Assembly: GCA_963823665.1 (NCBI GenBank)
Contig: CAWGMQ010000006.1
Span: 1,280,001-1,344,000, forward strand
Source of the DNA: an uncultured Planctomycetota bacterium
GTDB lineage: Bacteria > Planctomycetota > Planctomycetia > Isosphaerales > Isosphaeraceae
Direction: 5' to 3'
DNA: 64,000 nt
A program made the translations under genes and the position numbers. The notes under the pieces are model-generated. The model searched no databases, was not told where the DNA came from, and was given only the letters and a program-made list of their open reading frames with translations. This document shows positions 53,951 to 62,900 of the stretch, one piece after another; the stretch's first letter is position 1, and each line of letters opens with the position of its first letter.

Positions 53951-54179
53951 CTCCTCGCCCAATACGGGCGCCGACCAGTGCCGTCAAAATTGTCACCGGG
54001 CGCTTCAAAACCAGCCAATTATGGGCGCTTATCGGTAGTTCAAAACCAGCCACCCCGTTCGGGTAGTTACATTGGTCAATTCAATACAGCTCTACGGTAA
54101 TCACGACTGACTGAGAACTTGCTTTGCTTGGCCGAATCGGTCTTTGACTTTTCCGGCGGAGCCGAATTGGCTCCTCATT

Positions 54180-55103
54180 TTAACGCTTCGTTGTGGTCTT
54201 GCCTCCTCCCTTTCCGCTGGCGTTGGAGCCAGATGGCGCCTTGGCTGGTTTTGAATCTGGTGGGTTCTCTTCCGACCCGGAGGGCGCTTTGGCTGGTTTT
54301 GAATTCGAACCACCATGCTCAGAGCCGGAGGGCGCTTTGGCTGGTTTTGAATCTTCAAACCCGTTTCCGCCCGAAGCCGATTGGTGCCGCAGGCGGTAAC
54401 TTCGGCCCTCCAATCGCACGAGCTCGGCATGATGCAGGAATCGATCCAAGATCGCCGTGGCACTCGGCACATCCCCGAGAAGCTTTCCCCAATCCTCGAG
54501 CGGACGGTTCGATGTCATCATCGTTGACCGTGTCTCATACCGCCGCATCACGACCTCGAAGAGACATTCACCGGAACGCCTCGGCAATTGCTTCATTCCC
54601 ATGTCGTCGATGATCAACAACTCGGGCTTCAGGTACATCGTCAGCATCTTGTCCTCCTGCCCCAACACCTGATCATGCAGGAAGTCCCGGACCAGGTCGA
54701 AGACCGAGCGGTAAAGAACCGTGTAACCGGCCTTGACGGCTTGATACCCGATCGCTTGTACGAGATGGCTCTTTCCGAGGCCGGGCGGTCCCAGCCAGAG
54801 CACGTCGCGCCCTTCGCGGAGGAACCGACAGCTCGCCAAGTCGTACACCTGCTTGCGGGGGATCGACGGGTTGAACGACCAGTCGAAGTCTTCCAACGAC
54901 TTCCGCTCGCGAAACTCAGCCGCTTTGAACCGTCGCTGGAATTGGCGATCGGCTCGCACCGCCAGCTCGTCTTGAAGGATCAGCTCAAGGAACTCGCTGT
55001 GGCTGAGGCCGTGGCCAGCGGCCTCCTGTAGGCGAATCTCCAGGCTCTCCAAGAGTCCGGAGAGCCGTAGTTGCCTCAATACATTTCTCAGTGGTTCATT
55101 CAT
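54180..55103 (-). CDS. istB: IS21 helper ATPase
   Basis: GPPGLGKSHL, LLIIDDMG, MTSNRPLEDWG, AILDRFLHH. Confidence 0.95.
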   Translation of the reverse strand: MNEPLRNVLRQLRLSGLLESLEIRLQEAAGHGLSHSEFLELILQDELAVRADRQFQRRFKAAEFRERKSLEDFDWSFNPSIPRKQVYDLASCRFLREGRDVLWLGPPGLGKSHLVQAIGYQAVKAGYTVLYRSVFDLVRDFLHDQVLGQEDKMLTMYLKPELLIIDDMGMKQLPRRSGECLFEVVMRRYETRSTMMTSNRPLEDWGKLLGDVPSATAILDRFLHHAELVRLEGRSYRLRHQSASGGNGFEDSKPAKAPSGSEHGGSNSKPAKAPSGSEENPPDSKPAKAPSGSNASGKGGGKTTTKR

Positions 55104-55182
55104 GGAGAAAACTCCTGGTGTGGTGTGGAAAATGTCGTGCTCGATCTCGATCGCCGATCACAGAATCAAAATGTCATCTCCG

Positions 55183-55251
55183 TCCCTCCCGCCTTCGCCA
55201 TCGCCTCGCCCTCACTTGAACTGGGCGAGGCGATGGCGAAGGTGGGAGGGA
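55183..55251. other. 29-bp-stem hairpin between istA and istB
   Basis: tccctcccgccttcgccatcgcctcgccc, 11-nt loop, gggcgaggcgatggcgaaggtgggaggga; one non-Watson-Crick position. Confidence 0.85.
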
Positions 55252-55393
55252 GCATCCCTCTTGCCGAGCCGGAGCTGAGCCCCGTCCCCTCTTTTTCGCC
55301 GGAAACTCGGTAGCCACTGCAACGTTGTTTGCACCGTGACCGGCGGAGGTCTGCCAAGTCGATTCAGGCACTCCCGCTCAAAGCAACTCTGAT

Positions 55394-56974
55394 TCATGAG
55401 TTGTTCCCCTCGTATCGAGATTGGAATGCGTCGCGGACAAACTGGCCATATTCACTCATTGGTCGGATCATAGGATGCTCGTTCATGAATGGCAGCAACT
55501 CTTGCTTGGGTCCCTGGCGCTTCAGGAGCGCACGGATTGTCCGGAGGCGATACTCGCCGTAACCGTGCGCAATTTCGCAAGCGTGATCGATTGCCGAGGC
55601 GAGATGCCGGCTGGAAAGGTTCAAAAGGCCGATCAACACTCGCACTCCCTCGACTCCGCGGGCTCGGATCATCGCCTCTGCCCAAGCGGTGCTCTTGGGT
55701 CCCAGCCGAGTGGTCACTCTGCGCAGAAGCCAGGCTGCCCCTTTCTCGACCCCGCTGATCTTATTGGGGTGAATCAGTTCAGGCGGTGTGCTGAAACGAC
55801 CTGGTTCCTTCCTGAGATGCACGGCGATCTTCTCCATCCGATCGTTGTAGATCGACACCAGGCGGCTGTCCCAGCGCACCCAGACGTCCCGGTCCCGGTA
55901 TTCCGGCGGCACCGCATAGTAGGCCCGCTTGACCTCAACATGGCCATCGCGGTGGACAGTGCGGCGGCCCTCGTGGAACGACGGGAATAGACCCAATGGC
56001 AACGGTACCAGTGCCTCGCGCTCGACCTCGGCGAAATGCTTGCCGACCTGGCGACGGGTGGTGCCATGGATCCGGGTGTCAGCGACGGTCAGCTCCCAGT
56101 TCAGTAGGAAAGCATTCTGCTCCTCCAGGCTGGGGAATCGCCGTGCCTTGAGAGCGTTGCTCTGGACGTAGTCGACGCTTTTTTCGACCTTTCCCTTGTG
56201 CCGAGGTGTCCGGGGTCGCGTGGGCCAGAAGACAAAGCCGTAGTGCTCTCCGAAGGAGCGGACCTTGGGATTGAGCTCGGGATCAAACCAGTCGGCCTTC
56301 GTCACGGCGGCCTTCAGGTTATCCAGAACCAACCGTCTCGGTACGCCACCGAAGTGGCGAAAGGCACTTTCAATGCAGCGAAGGAATTCATCGGTGGTCT
56401 GGCGATAGACGGCCTCGGAGTAGGCCTTGCGAGAGTGGGACAGCACGATGCGGAAGACATGGGTTCTGCGGCGCTTGCCGTCGGTTGTGTAAACCGGAGC
56501 ACCAGTGCCGAAGTCGACCTGGGCCTCCTCCCCTGGCTCACACTCAAGGCGCCGGAAGGGAAGCTCTTGTACCGGCTCGAGGCGGCGAACAAAGCGACGG
56601 ACGGTGTAGTAGCTCCCCTGGAAGCCGTGTTCGGACGAGAGATCCTGGTAAATGCGTTGGGCGCTCAGGCCCTGGTTAAGCTTGGACTGAATGATGTCTC
56701 GCCAAGGCTCGCAATCGCTGAGTCGACCGCGAGCTTGGCTGCCGCGGTCGCTGGCCGAAGCGAGTGTCGGGACAGCCGCGCTTGCTGCAATTTCAGGGCC
56801 GCTCGAGCCGGAGGGCGCAATGGCTGGTTTTGGCGCCTCTCTGGCCTGCTTGAGGTAGCGAGCGACCGTCTCACGATTGATGTCCAGCTCGATGGCGATT
56901 TGGCGCTGGGACCATCCCCTGCGATGCAGGGACAAGATAGCGTCTATCATGGCCACTTTGAGGCAATTCGACAT
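55394..56974 (-). CDS. istA: IS21 DDE transposase
   Basis: N-terminal HTH, PGEEAQVDFG, FGGVPRRLVLDNLKAAV, KGKVEKSV, HGTTRR. Confidence 0.95.
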   Translation of the reverse strand: MSNCLKVAMIDAILSLHRRGWSQRQIAIELDINRETVARYLKQAREAPKPAIAPSGSSGPEIAASAAVPTLASASDRGSQARGRLSDCEPWRDIIQSKLNQGLSAQRIYQDLSSEHGFQGSYYTVRRFVRRLEPVQELPFRRLECEPGEEAQVDFGTGAPVYTTDGKRRRTHVFRIVLSHSRKAYSEAVYRQTTDEFLRCIESAFRHFGGVPRRLVLDNLKAAVTKADWFDPELNPKVRSFGEHYGFVFWPTRPRTPRHKGKVEKSVDYVQSNALKARRFPSLEEQNAFLLNWELTVADTRIHGTTRRQVGKHFAEVEREALVPLPLGLFPSFHEGRRTVHRDGHVEVKRAYYAVPPEYRDRDVWVRWDSRLVSIYNDRMEKIAVHLRKEPGRFSTPPELIHPNKISGVEKGAAWLLRRVTTRLGPKSTAWAEAMIRARGVEGVRVLIGLLNLSSRHLASAIDHACEIAHGYGEYRLRTIRALLKRQGPKQELLPFMNEHPMIRPMSEYGQFVRDAFQSRYEGNNS

Positions 56975-57835
56975 GGTGCGGCTCCAGGAAAGGGGTCTCC
57001 CGAAAGCCTACATGTCGAATCCGCGTCTCCTCATTAGTGGCTGGTTTTGAAGCGCCCCATGGTGGCTGGTTTTGAGCGCCCGCTGTCATGCTACAAATGA
57101 GGCTTCACTATGAGCGATCAATCCGCTGGCGGACTTTCGTCTGTGATTTTTCCTTGCTGGAATCAGCTCCCCACGGCGCCTGCGCCGTGCGCACATACAG
57201 AATGAATTCTGTCGATTGATCGATATTATCGCTGGAATCGGGAATCTTTGTGAAGATATCCCGGTCGACGGCGCGTCCAGTCTGCAAAGTCGTCGCATAC
57301 TGTAGATGAGCGGGTGCGCGGCGCCGCGGCGCCATTTTGCCGCGCGCGGTCAAAAGGCTGACGGCACCTCTGTCGTGTTTCGGAGGCACCGCCAAAGTCC
57401 CGAGGGATTCCTTAACTCGGGATCGGGTTCTCGGAGTCGGAACGATATATGAGAGTCAGATCAAGATCTGAATTTGGATTTCACCGCCGCCAGTTTACAC
57501 TAGTGTACGGATGCTGGACGACCCCCTAGATATTGCCACTTATTGCCATTTTTTTCGAGGAATGCGGCGATTGCTTTGGGTGGTGTGGCTGCTCTGTAAG
57601 TGCAATAAGCGTAATCAAATCGGAATAGCGCGAGGCGTTCTTACTCGATGGCGAAATTCTCATGGCAAAGGTCAGCAAGAATTGCCATTCTCAATCGCGG
57701 GTGTTGTTCACTATGTTTTTGGGCTGTATTTTCACTGCAGTCGGAGGGAGATTCTCGGTGCCTGGTGGGGATGGAATTCCCCTCGCGCAATCCCCCCTCC
57801 GCTGCGTTCGGGGGCTGTGGGGCTGGGGCTCGCGC

Positions 57836-59399
57836 CTTTGTCCTTACCATCATTTTCTGGTGGTCATAGGTGCGCTTCCCCGGCCTTTTCCCGGCTTTTC
57901 TCGCTTCGCACCTGGTAATATCAAGCCAAGCCACACGCTGAGGTGGGGGGGAGGGATCGCGTTTCAACCGCCGGAGCCTCGGATGGACGCCTTTCTTTCA
58001 GATGCGCAGACTTGGGCCATGACCCAATTCGCCACCACTGATCTTCATGACGAACGCCGTACCAAACGACTCGTTCTGTTGGCAACGCAGATCGCCGCAG
58101 ATCCGTCCGGGAGTTTTCCTCAGCAAACCGAATCCTGGAATGATCTGAGGGCCGCATACAATTTCTTCGATTGTGAGGACGTCACCTTTCAAGCGATCGC
58201 CAGTCACCATTGGGAGCTTACCAAGAAGACAGCAGGTGAGCGTCAATTGATCATCGCAGACACGACCGAAATCGATTACGGGCCGTGCCGACAGGTCACA
58301 GGTCTTTCGCCGGTTGGTTCGGGTATCGGACAAGGCTTTCACCTTCACTCGGGTTTGATGGTTTCCCCCGAAGACGACCGGGTTCACGGCTTGGCCGGAC
58401 AACTGATCTATCATCGTCAGCGCGTTCGTAAGGGGGAGACGCGGACCGAACGGTTGCAGCGTGACGATCGCGAATCACAGATCTGGGGTGATCTTGTCAT
58501 CCAAATGGGATCCCCGCCGTCGGGAACCTCCTGGATTCACGTAGTTGATCGTGGCGCCGACGACTTTGAGTTTTTCTATCACTGCCAGCAGACAGAAACC
58601 GAATGGGTGGCGCGAGCCAAGAGCCTGATCCGGATCATTATCACGCCGGAGAGCGGGGAAACGCCGCTGAAAGCCTACTTAGGGACCCTGCCGCGGGCTG
58701 GATGTTACACGCTCAATCTGCGGGCTCGCCCCAAAGCACCGGCTCGGACGGCCAAGCTGGTGGTCGCCATCGGGGCCTTACGGATGCCGACGCCGAAACT
58801 CAAAAGCCCATTTCTGAAGCAGGTCAAGCCCGCGGCGATCCCCATGTGGGTCGTCTGGGTGCGCGAGGTAGATGCTCCCGACGGAGTGGAGGCGATCGAG
58901 TGGGTGCTTTACACTTCTTTGCTGGTGGAGGATTTTGAAGATGCTATGGCGATCGTGGGGTACTACGGGAAGAGGTGGCTAATCGAGGAGTGGCACAAGG
59001 TCCTGAAAACAGGCTTTCAGGTAGAACGTCGCCAGCTCAAGACGTGCGATCGTCTCGAAGCCATGATGGGATTGATGTCTGTGGAAGCACTGCGGTTGTT
59101 CCAGTTGAAGGGAATGGCGCGGACAGCTCCCGAGCAGCCTGCGACCGAGGTGGTACCGCCCAAATACGTGATGATGCTGAAGGTGGTGCGCAGATTGACG
59201 CCCACGACAATATTAACTGCGGGAGGATTTTTTCGGGAGTTGGCCAAGCTGGGAGGGTTCCTGGGCCGCCGCCACGATGGGGAGCCAGGTTGGATGACGA
59301 TCTGGCGGGGTTGGGACAAGCTGCAGATCATGATCCGGGCGCCGAGGCTATCATCGACGTATCTTCATCGGTATGATGAAGATGATGGTAAGGACAAAG
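57836..59399 (+). mobile_element. IS4-family (IS50/Tn5-like) insertion sequence
   Basis: IRs ctttgtccttaccatcat / atgatggtaaggacaaag; direct repeat gctcgcgc at 57828-57835 and 59400-59407. Confidence 0.9.
57983..59375 (+). CDS. IS4/Tn5-type transposase (probable 1-bp slip near 59340)
   Basis: WA..QF...LHDERRTKRL, IADTT, VVDRGAD, YGKRWLIEEWHKVLKTG, AKLGGFLGRRHDGEPGWMTIWRGW. Adding one G gives RGAEAIIDVSSSV* inside the IR. Confidence 0.9.
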
Positions 59400-59624
59400 G
59401 CTCGCGCCCCAGGCTTTATGATGTCGCCCCGGTTCGGGGCTGGGGGAGAACGCGGCGGGATTATCCACAGTTGCGCCGCGTCCGGCCATTTCGTTGCGGG
59501 CCGCGAATGAAGATCGATCAGTCGTTTGCGCTCGGTTCTTCCGGAGGAAACATGCACGATTCTACACGGATTAACTGTTTTTCGATCATTGATTGATTTT
59601 GGGATGATCAAGTGGCACAGGTAG

Positions 59625-59755
59625 CGATTATTCCTGCGCCACACGGATCGAGAAGGGCGGCAACGGGTTGCGATTGAATCGTGCGCGCCCGATTATTCCT
59701 GCGCCACACGTAAACCCAATCGCCGCAAGGCTGTGGCGCATGTGGCGCAGAAAAT
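59625..59755. repeat. 21-bp direct repeat plus an inverted partial copy upstream of a kinase gene
   Basis: cgattattcctgcgccacacg at 59625-59645 and 59690-59710; tgtggcgcagaaaat at 59741-59755. Confidence 0.7.
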
Positions 59756-59918
59756 GGGGTGTCGCAAAAGTTTTCAAGCCCGCTGCCGGCGTGCGATCAG
59801 GTCATGTGCTTCGTAAGGAAGCCCACATCGTGGTATGCTCGATGACATTGTCATGCGTCTGTGAGACGATCTTTTCGCCGCGTGAGCACCGTTTCGACCT
59901 GCCCGGAAGGGATTGGCG

Positions 59919-62900
59919 ATGAGCGGGCCTGATCCCCGTCGAGATTTTGCTGAAGAGGCGACAGGGGTGGTGGACGCGCCGGATCGGGCCGGGGGCCCTC
60001 CTTCGACTGACCCTGCCTCGGATGCCTCCGTTTCGCGGGCGGTTCCGCCGACGGCTGCCGGCTCTGCGTTAGCCGGCTCGGGGCCGGGCCCGGGTCAGGA
60101 CCAGACGATTGCTCTGAGTGGCGACGAGATCGGCCAGCGCACGCTGATCGGTCGGCTGGGAGAGAACACCGGGATCGCGGCGGAGGAAGTCAGCGTTTCG
60201 TTCGGGGATTATTCGCTGATCCGGAAGATTGCCAGCGGCGGGATGGGTGCGGTGCATCTCGCGCGGCAGAACAGTCTGCATCGGACGGTTGCCCTGAAAA
60301 CGATCCTCGCGGGGCAACTGGAGTCGGATGAGCACGTTCACCGTTTTCACCAGGAGGCTGAGCTGGCCGCGCAGCTCGACCACCCTGGGATCGTGCCGAT
60401 TTACGAGGTCGGGGAGATCGCGGGGCAGCATTACTTTTCGATGGCGTACATCGAAGGGGGCACGCTGGCCGATCGGATCAAGGATCGGCCGCTGCCGTGC
60501 CGGGAGGCCGCCGAGCTGGTCCGGCAGGTGGCGCTGGCGCTCGGGTATGCCCATCGCCAGGGGGTCATCCACCGCGATTTGAAGCCGAGCAATGTGCTGC
60601 TCGATCGAGACGGGCATCCCAAGATCGCCGACTTTGGGGTGGCGAAGCTTGTGAGTGGGATCAGCCAGTTGACGCTGACCGGGCAGGTGCTGGGCACGCC
60701 GAGCTTCATGGCACCCGAGCAAGCCGGCGGCAAGACAGACGACATTGGTCCGCCTGCCGATCTCTATGCGCTCGGGGCGCTCCTGTATTGTCTGGTCACG
60801 GGCCGTCCGCCGTTTCAGGCTGCCACGCCGGTCGAGACGCTCAGGCAGGTGATGGAGCAAGAGCCGGTTTCGCCGCGGCAGCTCAATGCGGCGGTCGGGC
60901 AGGACCTGGAGACCATTTGTTTAAAGTGCTTGCAGAAAGAGCCGGGCAAGCGTTACGAGAGTGCCGAGAGCCTGGCCGACGACCTGGGGCGATACCTGGC
61001 TGATGAGCCGATCCGGGCTCGTCCGGTGGGGAGCATCGAGCGGCTGTGGCGCTGGTGCGTGCGCAACCGGCTTGCGGCTGGGCTGCTCGGCGGCCTGGTG
61101 CTGTCGTTCGTCATGGGCTTCATGGCCGTGTCGTTTTTCGCATTCCGGGCTGGGCGAGAGGCGGCGAGCGCGCGAGCAAGTGAGCGACGGGCCAAGGATG
61201 CGCAGGAATTCAGCGAACGGCGGTGGTACGCGGCCGAGTTGGGTCTTGCCCAGCAGAACTGGGAGAATGGCGAGACGACCAGACTGCGGAGCCGGCTGAA
61301 GGCGCTGCGGCCGGCTTATCCGACTGCGCCGGACTGGCGCGGCTTCGAATGGTACTACCTGGATCGGCTCGGTCGCCTGGAGCTGCGGAGGCTCTCCGGG
61401 CATGGCGAGCCGGTCCACAGCGTGGTCTTCAACCCTGACGGCCGCCTGCTGGCCTCGGCGGGCGGCGGGCTCAATCGCGGCGAGGCGGGCTCGCTCCGGA
61501 TCTGGGATTCGACAACCGGAGCAGTAATCCACGCGTGGGCTGGGCATACGGAAAGCGCCAATTGCGTGGCGTTTTCCCCCGACGGCGGGCAACTCGCCTC
61601 CGCAAGTGGGCTCTGGAACGGCCCCGGCGAGGTCAAGCTGTGGGACACTCGCACCGCGAAGGAGGTCCGCTCGCTGGCTGGTCAGACGGCACCGGTCTGG
61701 AGCCTGGCCTTCAGCTCAGACGGCCGGCGGCTGGCTGCGGGCACCGGCGCCTATGGCGAGGGCGGACGGCCGACTGCGGGTGACGTATTGATCTGGGACC
61801 TCGCCGGTGACGCGCACGTGGTCTGCTTGCGCGGGCATACGTCCGTTGTAAAAGGCGTTGCTTTCAGCCCTGATGGCCGATGGCTGGCAACGGGGGACGC
61901 CGATGGTGCCGTGAAGGTTTGGGACGCCGCGCAGGCCAAGGTGGTGCTGTCGCTCGAGGAGGCCAAGGCAGACGTTCTGTGCGTTGCCTTCAGCCCGGAC
62001 GGCCGGCAGCTTGCCGCGGCGAGCGTGGATCGGACGATCCGGGTGTGGGATGCGAGTCTGTGGAACACGCAAACTCCTGCAGGAACCAAGCCGCGTTTCG
62101 CGTTGCAGCACAAGACCCGCGTGTACAGCCTGGCGTTCAGTCCCGATGGCCGGCGGCTCGCTGCCGGATGCCTGGATCACTCCGTGCACATCTGGGATGT
62201 GACGGCCCAGACGGAGAGTCTGACGTTTTTCGCTCATGGGGACGCCGTTCTGGGTGTGGCGTTCAGCCCGGATGGCTGGCGGCTGGCGACGGCGAGCATG
62301 GACCAGACCGTGAAGATCTGGGACGCGACAACCGATCGAAAGACAGTTCCACTGCGCGAGCATAAGGAATATCCCGCTGCCGTCTCGGGCATCGCGTTCA
62401 GCGCCGACGGCAAGTGGCTCGCGAGCGCCGGGAACGACCGGGTGGTCAGGGTGTGGGACATGGCCAGTGCCCAGTTGAGCCAGACGCTGCAAGGGCCAGC
62501 CGACACGGTCAATAGCGTGGCGTTCAGCCCTGACGGGCGGTGGCTGGCGTGTGGGAGCACGGACCGAATCGTCCGGGTATGGGATCCCGCCACCGGGCGC
62601 CTGGTGCGGACGTTTGACGGTCTCGAGTTTTCAGGCAACGGCGTGGCATTCGCGCCCAACAATCGCTGGCTTGCCTGCGCCTCGGGCGAGTGGAAGAAGG
62701 CTGGAGCGGTCACGGTGTGGGACCTCGCGACCAACCAGGAAGTGCTTTCCATGCCCGCGCGCGGCGACCCTGGCGAACGTCTGGGATACTATTCGGTCGC
62801 GTTCAGCGGCGACGGCCGGTGGCTCGCGGCCGGCTGCTACGACGCGAGCGTGAAGTTGTGGGACCTATCCACCAAGAAACTCGCGCGGGCGCTTCGCGGC

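Larger units (their letters stand above)
53991..57088 (-). mobile_element. IS21-family insertion sequence
   Basis: Ends tgtcaccgggcgcttcaaaaccagcca / tggctggttttgagcgcccgctgtca, each with two motif copies; no target duplication seen. Confidence 0.9.

Noticed and set aside
53100..53990. Integron cassette with attC around the K+ channel gene
   Set aside because: tctaac follows the stop, but I could not find a matching GTTRRRY box or paired L boxes; no integrase in the window.
57662..59596. 644-aa transposase as given in the ORF track
   Set aside because: It extends beyond both IRs; the real CDS is about 57983-59375 with a probable 1-bp slip.
59625..59710. Mini-CRISPR (21-bp repeat, 44-bp spacer)
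   Set aside because: Only two copies, short repeat, an inverted partial copy follows, and there are no cas genes.
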